Origin: Lingula anatina
Taxonomy: Eukaryota > Animalia > Brachiopoda
Reading direction: 5' to 3'
DNA: 64,000 bases
Assembly: GCA_051362555.1 (NCBI GenBank)
Contig: CM120641.1
Span: 15,438,001 to 15,502,000 of the forward strand
The position numbers were made by a program, and so were the translations under genes. Within the stretch, counting starts at the first letter, position 1, and every line of letters begins with the position of its first letter. Positions 1 to 13,934 of this stretch are shown here, one piece after another. Under the pieces are notes generated by a model, which saw nothing but the letters and a program-made list of their open reading frames with translations, ran no database searches and was not told the origin of the DNA.

Positions 1-27
1 AGCGCACACCCTCAAAAAGTGTTTACA

Positions 28-86
28 CCGCCATTTTTGCGTTGGCAAGTGCGTAATCTAAATCGAGGCCAAATACGTCACTTCCG
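28..86. promoter_or_regulatory. Housekeeping-type promoter motifs upstream of the stonin gene (YY1-like site; overlapping ETS/CRE site)
   Basis: CCGCCATTTT at 28-37 (YY1-like) and ACGTCACTTCCG at 75-86 (reverse complement CGGAAGTGACGT, ETS overlapping a CRE half-site), in a locally CpG-rich region about 350-410 bp before the ATG at 439. Confidence 0.45.
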
Positions 87-438
87 ACAATAACAAGGAG
101 GCAAAATGCAAAATTGATCCTGTGCTCTTGGTTAATCGATAAATTTTGCCAATTATTGTCTTTCCAGTGTATATGTCTGCTTATTTACCGTTTGGAGCTC
201 AAAGAAAGTACGCCGTACGCTATGGTGGCCAGCAAATGATTCCCGAGTTCAACTGAAGGCGATTGTCAATAATATTGATGACAAATAATTTGTCGATTGG
301 AACCGGTGAGAGGCAAAAGCTCAAAATCCATCCTGCGAGCACCTGTACTTTTGAAGTTTGATAAGAGAGAGTCCATTAGCGGCTTTGTTTCTATTGAATA
401 TAATACTTCGGGACAATACTTTCCTCTTGTGGTGCGGT

Positions 439-1631
439 ATGTCTCAATCTGAGGGTCGAGCACCGCTTGCAACGGACGACAGTTTGCACGAACTGGACAC
501 AGACCCTAGCTACTCGTATCTCGACGACAGCATCGATACACCAAACGAGGCAGAAGGTGCGTATTCAGTGCTTCAAGGAGATCATAACAACTACAACAAT
601 GCTGACGAAAAAACCGAGACAGAATCTTCAGTTTGTGAGTCAACTTGTAGTGGAAATGACGGAGTGAAAATACACGTGTCAGATGAAGAAGGTGATGTAC
701 AAGAAGGGGCCAAGGAGAAAGTACAAACTAGACTTGGTAAAGAGGATCAGAAGCTTATAAGTGATGAATGCCCTGATTTGGATGATACCTCATCAGAATC
801 TCATGCTGTAGCAGATACATACAGAGAGGAGTCTGTGACGGTGAAAACCAAAGAACCGCAGGCAAAATTATATACAAGTCAGTTGAAAGTAAACACCAAA
901 CCTATTGAGCGCCCAAGAAGCCGAACACCAATTAACCTGGTCACCTTGGATGAATATGTTTGCTCTGAATCTCCTGAGAAATCTCCTGGATTGAGCAAAC
1001 TAAATATAACTTTACCAGGAGAAGAATTTGAAACCAAAGAGAAAATCTCAAGAAAACCCAAAGTTGCTACCGAAAAAACTTGGTTTAATTTTAACGAGGC
1101 CAATTTGTTTAGCCATAGTAAATCAGCAGTCATAGTAAATCAATTGATTAAAAATGGAAGGGATTCACAAAAGAAAATGCTGGTACCTAAGACTCTTAAT
1201 GAACTCAAAGCAGAACAATCATCTCCTTTGCAAGAGAATCATTCAAAACGCCCACAGTCAGCTGCCACTTTGGAAGAAAGCAAACAACAGAATACCCCTG
1301 ATGTGATTGGTCCTACAGCACAAGTAGTCTCTCCTGTTTCTTCTGGCTGGGAAGTGTTTGAAGAAAAGTCAGATTTGAAAAGCAGAAGTCAAAAGAAACA
1401 TTTTCTTCTGAGCACCCCATCCTTTGAAGCAAAGCTTACAGAGAAGCAAATATCAGGTTATAATGATGCCCTGGATCCATTTATGAGCCAAAATACTGCT
1501 GGCACTCAACAAGGTAATACACCAATGCTGTAGGTTTATTGAACTTAGTTATATGTATTGATTTTAATGGCCAGTAATATTCCTTGTTACTTTACTTGAG
1601 AAATTCACCAGCTTCCATTTCATAGACATCA

Positions 1632-1687
<56 letters not shown>

Positions 1688-4600
1688 GATTTTTTAAACC
1701 TTATTTATAGTACTATATGTTTATTGTCACTGTGACATTTTTTTTTTTTTTTTTTTTTTTTTGCGGGCACCTTCTTACACATGTTAATATACCAGCTACT
1801 AGTAGAAACAGGAAGTATTCTTAATTTGCAAGATAACTGACAAACCCGTGGTTAAAACCTTATTACTGCATTGGATCCAATTTCAGGATGCAGATCAATT
1901 TTTTCCAATACTATTTCTTGCCAAAAGGAAAATGGAAGGGCTGACGTAAATCGATTCTTTAAATATTGTAAAAGAAAAAGTACTAAGTAATACTAGACAA
2001 GTGGGACTGTCAATTTGAAAGCTTTTGTCAGAACAGAAATGCATTAGCATTGGGCAATTGGCCAATAAGGAAATCTGCTGTCAGGATTTTACTTCCAAAT
2101 TATGGCAGATGATTGCATGTTACCAAAAGTTGATCTTAAAGGTTGTCAGTTTGTCAGTGCATTTGATTAGATTGCAAAGTCATCTTCAACTTTGTCAGTG
2201 CATTTGAATTAGATTGCGAGACCAAGTTTATGTGCTTACCTATGAGTGATGTTAAAAAAGAGACAATTTTTTTTAAATTCTTTGATATTCTTTTGATTTA
2301 GGGCTTTAGCTGAAATTATTTCTGTTCAGACATGCATATCTGTCAGCCAGAGATGGCTTACTTTTACTGCCTGAGGCTTATTAAATTAAAGACAAATGTA
2401 ATACACATAAACATTTATAAAGCAAAATGAATAGTTAAAAAAAATAAAAAGAATAAAAAACAAAGATGTAAGCATATGTCTCTATTTTTTTAAGCTTGTT
2501 AAATTTTCTTATTTCAAATCAGTCACAAGTGAAATTCACTAGTCCCCATCTCCTTAACAAAAGTGCTGCAGTAGTGGTCTTACAGATCATAATTTTGTCA
2601 ACAGTTTTGGATAATGTACCGTGGAGAAGAGTGTTGAAATGTCCAGGAAAAAAAATATATATAATGTATATTAAATGCCCATTGTGTGACATTAACTTAA
2701 AGGCACACAAAGTGTGATTTAAAACACATTCCAAGTGCATGGATTGCTTCTTGTTGAAATTAACTGTGGACAATTAAAACTTTTAAAACATAAAATAACA
2801 GATAAATTGCCTAAGTTGATCAATATCACAAAAAATAATCATATTCACTCTCCCTTGTCCAACCCAGACACTCAGTCACTTTGACCAAGGAGTTATAACT
2901 CCTTGCTTTGATGCAGTTTAAGAAGAGAGCTTTTACCAAAAATGTTTCAGGGTTATGGCCAGTGTCAGGAAAGGAAAAATTAAAGGTTGGTTAATTGGGG
3001 GGGAAATGCTGTTTACCTCAGGATAATTCGTTTAATATGAATTTGGTGGAAAAATCCTCCTTTGTGTACAATTAAATAGATGATCTGCAAGTTTTACCAA
3101 GAAAGGTGACCTGTCATCAGTGTAATAATACTTAAAACATGTTGTGTTGATGTACCCTTTCTTTTCAGTCAAATCAAAATACCTGCTGGAGACATGATTA
3201 TTGTGATAACTATTACATCAATAAAGGGACCTTGTACTAGTATGCAAGACACATTAAGACTAAATCTGATGCCTAGCAGCAGACTGTTTAATTGTCTTAA
3301 AAATGGCAAATTTTAAGTCAAGGAATGTGATTGAAGATGTTAACATAACAGAGTAAGTGTTTTAAAAAATAATAATTAGAATGGTAAAATAACAGGCTAT
3401 TGCCAGCCGTCTTAAACTTTGTGAACAAGATTGAAATGAATAAAACAACAGCAGTTCTTCCCAAGAACCTGCCAATTTTAGACCAAATTCTGTCATATTT
3501 CTATCAAAACATTAAGGTAACTATCTTCAACTTAACTAGATTCCTGTGCCCCGGATTTTAACTTCATAATTGGAAGATATTCCACTGGTGGAAATAATAT
3601 AGAATTAAAGAGATACTAATTTGCACAAAGATTGATATGAGTCCTGTGACCAATGATGCTTTCAGGATTAGTTTTGCTTTGCTATTCAAGATGGCAGTGA
3701 GAATGAAAAGTGCCTTAAAGACTTGGTGGACTTCAGGTTCTGAATGATGAATGCATGGTTTTTATTAGATTTTACATAGAAATTAAGCTAGAGGTATTTT
3801 CATTTGATCATGCCATGTGAGGTTTACTGAACACAAGCATCTGTTTGTTGCAAAGATGAGGTCTGCTGGTTTGAGAGGAAATTTGAAAAAAGAAAAGCAA
3901 TTAATTAAACCCCAGTCATATTCAGTCTGAAAGCTTTATCTGTCTTTCTAAAACCAGTAGGGACAAAAATTCATTCTTGTTGTTTGTGTGATAAATCAGG
4001 AAGACATGTAATAGTATGGTTCCAATTGCCATAATCTTCAAATTGGCAGCTTATATTTTATGGGGAAGTGTGCAAGGCCTTGCTGACAGCCATGGTATAA
4101 CATCTGAGAAACTATATCACTATAATAATTCTGATATCAAAAAAAAGGGTAGATTTCCTTAAATTCCAATGAGAAAAGGAAACTTTACGGTATTATTTCA
4201 AATACATTCTACTAAACAGGTTTACATAACACAATAAGTAAATGTTACCAGGTATGAGATTTTTCTGACTATTGTTGGATTTCCGACTTCTTGGGAGCAA
4301 AAAATATCATTGGCCTAGGTACCCTCTTGATGCCACTCCATATTTTTCACTATGTTGCAGTCTCATCCTAGTATTACACAAAAAGAGATTATTGATGGGA
4401 AGTAGGTAGCAAGGGCTTTTTTTTTTTTTTTTTTTTTACTTGGTTAAATTCAGTTTTTTATTTACCAACTCTCATATTTTTTGTCATAACCTAGCATTAA
4501 GCAATGATGGTTTACCTTAAAAGTTTTTATTTGTTTGACAGTTGCACACAATGCAAATAGATATATAAATATGAAATACTGTGTAGTAGAGAACATACAC

Positions 4601-6793
4601 AAAAAAAAGCACCATAAAGATTTTCAGCAAAAATGCAAATATAAAGCCATTAAACCACAAAATAGAGAAAATTAAACCTAATGTGTGCTTTGTGCAGGTC
4701 TAGGGCCTTGGGTAATGCCAGATTGTCGAAAATAATTATTGCAAATAATGGTAATAACCGAAAATTACCTTTCCTGATTTGGGGTCATAATTTTCATTTT
4801 GGTCAATATTAAAATCTAAAGAAAAATTGATCATTTTGTTGGAAGTTGGCAAATTGCCTAAGTTAGGAGTCTTTCAGTCATGTTGTGCTTTTTGAAAAAT
4901 GTTCAACTAACGGAACTGCCTGAGTAGTTACTTGAGGTCGGCAGATGTGTTAAGTGGTTGGTCTTGTGATGTTCTTAAAATAGTTGGCCTGTAAGTCGTT
5001 ATTGAATTTTCCCTGGGTACTAAGCTTTTAAGGGACAATCTCATGAGTTTCTGCCAATTCAGGTTCTTAAAAAGACCACTGTACAACCAGTGTAAATTCA
5101 CAGGCTGAAAATCATGCAAAATTTTGGCAAAGTCCTTGAAATGTCTGAAGCCCATGCAGAAACTGAAAATATGATGTATTGATTGTTATTGCTGGTTTTA
5201 TTTTTGGATTTTAAAATGTCACATGAATATGGGAGTTTTGAATTGTTATATGCACTTACAGGCGAGACTCCACTTTTGTTCTGTATGTAGCTGATTTGCT
5301 AATATTGGTTTAGAAATACTCCACCAATTTTGATTTTTTTTTTTTTTTTTTTTTTTTTGTTTCAGAATCTGATTTTTCTTTCAAATTATGGTGTATCTCA
5401 GGTCATCTACCACTATTTTATAAAACTCAAAAGTAATATTCTTTTGGTTGATATGGTTTCTCAAGTTGTGGCAGCTAAGGAAGTAAAAAGGTTTACTTTT
5501 TTTTTTTACTAAAATCTAATTTTGAAATTGCCAGGTATGGGGCACAGGTCATAAAAATGCAGCACATAATGGAAAATCTCGACACCCTGGAGGAATAAAT
5601 TTGAGATCCCCATAGTATTAAAGCTGAGCCTTCAGTGTTCAGTGTATCAGCCTGGTTGTGTGCCTTTAAGGCATATGTAGTCCAATAATGTACCAAGACT
5701 ACCCCTCTGTCAGAGTCCAAATGCATGCATGGTAGACCTAACGATTTGATATTTAATATCCTTAGGGCTTTCTTAAACATAATTTCTGAAATGGAATAGT
5801 ATTGACCTGCTTTATGAGCAGACGTATACATTAGGCTACAACTTCAACTATTGTATGAAATTTGCTAACTTTGAGTCCTCTAAGGCATAATGATATTATT
5901 GGATTTACCATCTACATTTTATATTAAATTGCTTTGAAGGAGTTTGATTTCTTTTATAAAAACAAAAGTAATCATCTATCTTAATTGAATTATTTTTTTA
6001 TTAAGTATTAGAGTGACAATAATTGAGGGAATTCCTGCAGTAGCTAATTGTTCCCCAAGAAAAGATAAATTTAGATTCCAATTATATCAGTCATGATGAT
6101 AAGCTAAAGAAAAGGATCCTTCACCTGACTAAAGGAGATGCTGAAGGTTCTCTTTTCTGCATATTTGGATTTCTCCCCATAATCTCTATTGGGTGTAATG
6201 TGTAAGATTTCTGCTGGGAATTACCAGAGAGGATGATTGATTTTCTTGCAGCAAATGAAAGTTACCCAAGGATCAATACCTATGCAGCATAAACACCAAG
6301 GCTTATAAAGACAGGTTTGTATAAAAGCTTGAATAGAAACACACTATTGTCTCCATAGAAATTGATCAAATTTTAGGTTGTTAGAGGTTGTCCATATGGG
6401 GCATTGATTATTCGTGGGCAACAACAGATTGCAAATGGTTGGGGATCGATAGCAGCAAATAATATCAGAAGGAGACAGACATATAGAAGCAGTGAACATA
6501 ATGATAGGAGAGTCAGGCTGACAGGCAATGCAGTTTTAGATGTTGTTATAGAACAGGGACTGTTTCATACAGGCACAGGCATCATGTTGAAGTGAGTATT
6601 TCGCAACCTCTGCAAATATTGTACTGTGTATTTGATAAAGAGTGTGACTTTTTACTATATAACTGACCATGATGTTGCTGCATGTAGATAAAATAGCAGT
6701 GGGTGTTTGTATAGAACATTGTGTTAATTATACCGAAGACAATTTCTGAAGGTCATGGAATTACTGGTATCTATATCCATTTTTCTCTAGCTA

Positions 6794-6888
<95 letters not shown>

Positions 6889-9800
6889 TGCATATATTTA
6901 TACATGACTGCATGTATATTAGTACAGATGTACATTGTGCAAATGTATTTATTATATAAGAAGGCAAATGGTTAAAGCAAAGTGTAGAGTAGCAGCTACC
7001 TACAGTCACTGAAAATGCACCGAGGGACCCCAAAATAAATGTTTTAGTCAAAACCAAAATTTGACTGAATTTTACAATGTCAGTGTTATTGAAGTTTTAG
7101 ATTGACAATCAAGTTTCCCATTTGTAGTACGAAAAAAAGTCATAGATCAGGTCATAGATCATATTTAATATGACCTCATGTTGCTTCTTATTTAGCTGCT
7201 ACTGGTATGGTAATTATTGGCAGTTTTTTTTTTTTTAAGTGATCATCAATTCAACCCTTTTAGATTTTTTTGAAGTAGTCCAATTATTCATCCAAAATGG
7301 TGATTGACAAAAAAGATAATAATAATGAATAAAATAAAAAAAAATTAAAGGGTTTTCTTTAGTTGGTAGCAGAAGCAGTAAGTAATGAGTATGCTTTTAA
7401 GACCAAAACTAGCACATATTTCACATTATGTCTTTTGCTTTATCCAGACAAATTATATGCATGATATCTATATAATGATTAAAGATCCATGTCATAAAGC
7501 AAAGACTTGGATGTCAGATATCGAGAAGCCTGTCTCATATTCTGAAGACCTGCATACATGTATCAAAACCCCACCTATACCCATCAGTTGCAATGACTCA
7601 CCATAGTTTATTTAATTGTATGTTTGCCCCCAAAACTTAGGCCTGTAGATGTGAAACCACCCGATAGACTTTTAATCTCCAGATAATGACTTTCTTAAAT
7701 TAAAGCTCTTTCTCATGAAGATAAAAACGTAGAATTTGCTGAAGTCATTTGTTGGACTGAACTTAATACAAGTCTGGGAGCCCAGGCATCAAATGTCAAA
7801 GTGTGTGCAGTTCTAGTGTGGCATCATTAGCCTGAGGGAACCCAAGTTATTAAATAATAATTGCATTTTTAGCCCTTAACATTAATGGAAAATTGTACTG
7901 GGATGATTATCATTTGGTATGCTCAAAAATGTTTTGTTTGTGCTGAGGGACATATTTTCCTAGTCAATGAGCCAATACACATACGCATAAAGAGACAAAT
8001 GTCTAATGTTATCACTATTGACTGAACTGAAAAAGTTGAAGAATGGGTGACCAAATATTGTGATCATTCACTGAACCATTAAATTTATCAATTAGAGCAA
8101 ATAACTTAGGTCTGGAAGAAAAGTGTTTATTTTACAGTAGATTGGATCATTAAAAAACAATGGGAAGATTTCATTTACAATGTAACATAATTATTTTTAC
8201 AGAAAATAGGAAGGCTACACTTTTTTTGGGGGGGAGGGTTGTAAGTTCATAGATAGTCATTATATTGGGATCTTTATAAAAACTTGGTAATTGTGAACAA
8301 ACAAGAGTTTCTTTATTGCCTTTTACTTCTATCACTTATCAAAATTTAATCTAGTTATGCCAGACAACATAAAAGTAATAATCTATTGCATTTTTCTGAT
8401 GTTTTAATTCCTGCTTATTAATAAAGTAGCACTTGAGTGATATTTAATAGTCTACCACTTACTAAGGTGCTGCAAGGGACAGTAATGATGGTTTAAAATT
8501 TACTCCCTTTATTCTTTTGTGTTAGAACAAGTATATCTAATAATTATATTTTCACTGATTCAAGTTGCAAGACTGATGTAAGTTAACTTACACTGTGACA
8601 AACAATACGTCCGCCTGCTTACTTTTAATAAAAATTTTCAAAAAATTCAATTGACCTATATATATTGAGAATCAGTGTTTCATAGATCTGTGTGATAGTA
8701 TAATGACTTTGTTCTGGAGGTGAAATTTTGAAAGGAGTGATGTACTGCTCTATGAACTTGAAATTGCAGAAACCAGGAGAACTTTTGAGATGGTCCCTTA
8801 TTTATTGGGGACTACAAAGACTAAGAGTATAATAGCTGATTTTAGTGGGTAATCTCATCTAATTTATCAGTGATTAATTGTTTTCCATCCTTGGTTAGAA
8901 TGCATATATCTGCAGTGGCTTCTAATGAGAGTTTTGAGGCTCCAAACTTATTAATTGAACAAATTGCAATCATTACTTTGTTTGAAAGGTTTCCCAATTC
9001 AACAGATTTCGTTTATTACAACTTTTGTTTGATTTTAATTTGGAAAAAATTCAGTGTCAAGTTTGAGATTACTTGGCAATGCTTGGAAATTTTTTAATAA
9101 TTGTAGAACACCTAGTATGTAACTAAAACCGTCTCCCATAAAGAACTCCAAGCTACAGGCCTACCCAACTACCAGACTTAGTACCAAATGATCCTGAATT
9201 CACCGGTAGATCGGACCACAATACCCATTTTCAAAGTGTGTATCAGTACATGCTTTGAAGTATCAGACGCAACACCGCTCTTGCCTAGTATGCAATGTGA
9301 TAGTGATGATTCTCAGCAGGGTTGGAAAGTATTGCATCTCATCTCAAATTTTGTTCTGGTGTATGATACTGTGAAATGCATACTGACGCACACCATGAAA
9401 ATGGGTAGTGTGGTCTGATCTACCGGTAAATTCGAGATCATTCAGAAATCAGAGAACATTATATATATTGTAAATAATAGTGCTAAATTTTTTCAATGTA
9501 GACATTAAACTGTGAACATTTTATCAGTTGAGTTGCCGAATAAATTCATAAAAAATCTGAAATTCCAAGTAGCATTAGTTTAATGGAGATTCCTTGAGGT
9601 AATTAAATATTGATGACACCCTGTGACCACACTGTTTAATAGTGATGCTACTTACTTTACAAGCTTAAAACTTTGTTGTCCAAAAATTAAAAAATAGTAA
9701 AAGTTGTGCGTTTATTGCAGAAAGATGTACAGCACTTTCATTCCTTTCATTTCTAGGTGATTTGGAAAATCATGGTTTGACAGACAGTCCATCCACTTTG

Positions 9801-12800
9801 TCCAGTGAGCTTCCAGGACTGCAGGATCAGTTTGTGGAAAATTCCAGGACATTTGCTGAAGATATGCCAAAAAAACATAAGAGTAGTAAGAAAGCTGCCA
9901 AAGGAGCAGATGATTTATCAGATATCATTGCAAATGGTCCAAAACCAAGAGGTCCAGGTGAATTTGTACCCTACGAGGAACGGATTGATGAAGATTCTGA
10001 AGAATGGCAAACATTCCAACAGATGCAAGAAAGAATCAAGCGAAGTGTACAGAAAACGCAGGAAAATATTGAAAAATTGGCTGCTAAAGCAGATAGTCCA
10101 GACTTTTTAAAACCAGAACCCAAAGTTGAGACAGGAACTTCTAGTTTACTGGGTTTAACCGACAGCAATATGGATGAACCAGAATTAGACTTGAGACTTC
10201 AAGTATGTGCCCCTCCTGCTTCAAATGGGACTGAAACAGAGTCTGATCTTTTTAGTTCTCTCCCAGCCTCCAAGGCACAAGCAAAGTCAACTGACGATCT
10301 ACTTGGATTAAGTTTGCCTGATTCAGATGTGCAGCCAACCCAAACTCAGTGCGACCCTTTTGAACTGGATGATGACATGTTAGCTGACCAGGAAACTTCT
10401 GCAGGATTGAGCAGCATTGTGGATGATTTCTTAGGCATTGATGAATCAGCTTTGCACCAAAAGCCTTTGAAAAAACCAGAGGAAATGCTAGAAGAACTTG
10501 CTCAAAGAAATAAACCACCTCCACCTCATCCTACTATACCTGATGAGTTGGGTTTTGATCAGGCTCCTGTCAGTGAGGCTCAGCAACCAATTAATGAGGA
10601 TCCTTTTGACCTTGGATTTGATATACCAACAAAGACTTCTAATTTGGATGCATTTGAATCTCCAGATCAAATCGGTTTAGTGGGTATGGAAAGCAATGAG
10701 AGGTTGAAGCCCGAACCAAAGTCACCTATTCCTCGGCCGTCGCCTGGAAAATCTGCTTTACGTGCCAAAGTAGATTTATCTGTTGCAGCATGTATCTTGG
10801 CAGCTCCTATCAAAGCTTCTGATAGAATTTCTTCCCCACCACAGAACCAAGGCAGTCCTACTAAGGCTCAAAATGGCATTTTGGATGCTGAAATTTCTAC
10901 TGAATCATTGATGACCCCAGAGAATGTAGTAAGTGGGGGATCCCCCTCTACCACACCTACTAGGGGTTATTCATCAGATAATCCATTCAGGTCTGCTTCC
11001 AAATCTGAAGATTCAGCTGTTGGAGATGAGGACCAGTTTGCAGGCTTTTTTGACACAGTTAGCAATGCCCAAGGTGTTGTGACAACATCAGACATCGGTT
11101 TTGACCCATTTTCAACTATTGAGCCCACTGGACATGATATTCAGCATGAGCAAGGTGCTGTTAACAGCTTTGACCCATTTGCAACCATTGTAGGTGATGA
11201 CATCATTGATGGTGTAGGGGAACAGCAGAAAATGGAAAAATGCGATTTTGATCCTTTTACTCAAGTAGAAGAGAACACACCTTTCTCTACTCCTAGTCCT
11301 ACCAAAAAACAAATAGAAGGAGTTGTTGCACCACCTCGCCTACGAGACCTTAAGGATATTCTTGGAGAATCTTGCGCAGATGATGTTATGCCCGTGGAAC
11401 ATGTAGATGATCCCTTCAAGACAACTGAAGGAATAGATGATCCTTCAACTGCAAATGGGAATTTGGATTTATTTGGAGAGGCAGCATTCTCTTCTGAAAA
11501 TGAAGGAGCATCTGCATCAGATCCATCATTTTCTCCCTCTGCCACCATTCCATCACCAGTAGATAAAGACAAGGCCACCTCTTCTCGTTTTAATCCTTTC
11601 AACAAGACCAGCCCAGAAGATGAAGTGGCAGATGAAACGGAAAAATTTGAGTGCAGAGATGGCTCTCAGGAATTAACACCGTCACCAGATGCCGACACTG
11701 ATTTTGAACCACTTGAAGACTACTTCCCAAGTGCAGAAGGAAAAGTATGGAAACTTCTTCTCAGGCAGCCAGGCAAAAAAACCAAGAATTTGGTAAATAG
11801 ACTTCCAGGAAAACTACCGGGCTCCACAAAGAGGTCCTGGAGAAATGTGTGGGTGAAACTTGTACCTGGAAAGGATGGTAAAACCCTCATAAGACTTCAT
11901 GACAGTGATAAAACTGATGCCAGGGCATTTCAAGAAGTTCCACTTTTGCCAATATATGATTTCAGTGGCATCAACCTCCAGCAGTATGATCAGTATGGCA
12001 AAATACACACTGTCAAACTGCAACAGATAACTTTCAAAGAGAGGCCTGGAATCAAGACTGAGAAGTTAATGACAGAGTTAACATACCCAAATTTCTTGGA
12101 GCGATTTAGGCCCAAGCCTACTATGGTACTTGATCATCAACCTGTAGCAACAGAGCTACTGAAGTTCGGAAGCTTGAATTATGATGAAATTCGTAGTTTT
12201 GTGTGGACTTGTGAGGATGCCTTGTTACGAACAGAGGCTCATAGGGAAAAAACACAGATTTATAACAAAGATGAGGTTCAGGTTCTTGCTCAGGATGAAT
12301 ATATGGCCATTGTGGATAAGGAAGGTCACATTATGTCACAAAAAGCCCGAGCTAGAATTTTTGTCCTGGCTTTCGTGACAGGTATGCCCCCATGTGAGCT
12401 TGGTTTGAATGACAAACGACGTAAGGGTAAAGAGGTTGTAGGCCGTAAAGACATTATTCCCATAAAAACTGATGAATGGATAGCAATCCAACAGTATGAA
12501 TTCCATTCCCTAGTTGACCTCAAGGAATTTGAAAAGACTGGGTTGATCAAATTTTATCCTCTTGATGGAACACAATTTGAACTGCTGCGATTTCGGGTCA
12601 AGCCCAAACAGAACCTCCAGCTGCCACTTCAAGTTCAGACCCAAATGACTGTCAACAAGAAACATGTGGAGATCCGAGCTGATGTCATGGTGCCAGGTTA
12701 CTTCACAGATAGTGCTAGGTCTGGAGAGGTGCCCTGTGAGAACATCATGATCCGATTCCCCATCCCAGAGCCCTGGATTTACTACTTCAGAGAAGAGAGG

Positions 12801-13934
12801 CTTTTCAAATATGGCTCCTTGCATTCAGTGAAACGTAAACCAGGTAAAATCAAAGGTATTGAGAGGATCACAGCTTTAGCTCAGGGGTTTCTGCCACAGA
12901 GTCTCATGGAAGCATCTGCAGGAACAGCAAAGTATGAGCACATCTTTGGAGCCATAGTGTGGCGGATAGACAGGCTTCCAGGAAGAACTGAAGGTAACAC
13001 TTTTTTCTGATAATTCCAATATGTTTATGAATGGGCCAAGTTTAAAATACAGGGTAATAGGATTTTTTTTTTTTTTTTTACTCGTCAATCCCAGATTTAC
13101 GATTCTTCCTCCATTTACATTAAAATTACTGCTCTGAATTGAGCATATGCACACCCTTGCTCTGATGCAATAATGCTTAGCTGCTATTGATATAGGCTGT
13201 TAAATTAAACTTTTTGGAAATTTGCCAATTTAATGTTTCCTTGCTACAAGTGATATATGTATTACCTGGAGACAATTAAATCAAACATTCTGGTCATATG
13301 GTTACATTTTTTATCAAAGTTTTGTAATTGACCTATGCCGGCACACCTTACCTGAGAGCACATAGATTTAAAGACATTTACAAATCTAGTGGGCACAGGG
13401 TGCTTATGCCCCCCTCCCCAATCTTCAGAGCTACTTCCTCCCAAGAAAACAGGTTAACAAACAAAACAAACTGTAACCAAGCAATTTTTCCATCCCTGTG
13501 TACCACACATTACAGTAAAATTGTCTTCATCCGCTGTTGCGAGTTACATAAGAATGTTTGGGCACATTTTTTATCCTTGCACCTTTCCTTTCCCCTTTAT
13601 CAAAATCCTGGATTCACTAGTAAAGTACATCTTTTAACTTGTAGGTGCCTACAAGACACACTTGTTCACCATGAAGCTAGACCTTGGTCCACATGATCCA
13701 ATACCCGACAGCTACAAGCAGTATGTTGATGTGGAATTCACAATGCCCAATACAACCATCTCTGGCACACAAGTACGGTCAATATCTGTTGGAAACCCAA
13801 ATAATCCAGAAAGATGGGTGAAGTACGTGGGAAAGTATGAGTACAAGGTTGAAATTGATCTTAAAATTGAAGATGAGGCATCACCCAGTCAAGCTCCAGA
13901 GGATTTGGACTCCTGTCACTCCTCTGAAGATTAG
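439..13934 (+). CDS. stnB: Stonin / Stoned-B-like endocytic adaptor (mu-homology domain), 3 coding exons, 1533 aa, with a Stoned-A-like N-terminal motif
   Basis: Exons 439-1513 (AAG|gtaata, phase 1), 9757-12993 (ttctag|GT ... AAG|gtaaca, phase 1) and 13645-13934 (ttgtag|GT ... TAG) total 4602 nt in one open frame. The C-terminal half has the stonin homology domain and mu-homology domain (QYDQYGKIHTVKL, GLNDKRRKGKEVVGRKDIIPIKTDEWI, FYPLDGTQFELLRFRV, AKYEHIFGAIVWRIDRLP, PERWVKY). The N-terminal half is acidic/Pro-rich with WxxF (WFNF, WEVF, WQTF), 7 DPF and 2 NPF motifs. Extra small exons in the 8.2-kb intron 1 cannot be excluded. Confidence 0.9.
1634..1685. repeat. (TTA)n microsatellite
   Basis: About 17 tandem TTA units in stonin intron 1. 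Confidence 0.95.
6803..6887. repeat. Compound (CT)n(AT)n microsatellite
   Basis: A long CT run directly followed by an AT run; it generates the spurious SLSL/RERE ORFs. Confidence 0.95.
9187..9442. mobile_element. MITE/foldback-like element with about 47-bp terminal inverted repeats
   Basis: aatgatcctgaattcaccggtagatcggaccacaatacccattttca (9187-9233) is the imperfect reverse complement of tgaaaatgggtagtgtggtctgatctaccggtaaattcgagatcatt (9396-9442). The interior also pairs partly. No coding capacity. Confidence 0.65.

Noticed and set aside
358-438. N-terminal extension of the stonin ORF from TTG at 358
   Set aside because: Non-ATG start called by the ORF track; the first ATG is at 439.
6381-6612. 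Short inverted ends (tagaggttg / caacctctg) suggesting a MITE; similar weak cases near 4700-5156 and 44620-44835
   Set aside because: The TIRs are too short or degenerate and lack TSDs.
6721-7057. ORFs with SLSLSL / RERERE runs
   Set aside because: Produced by the (CT)n microsatellite.
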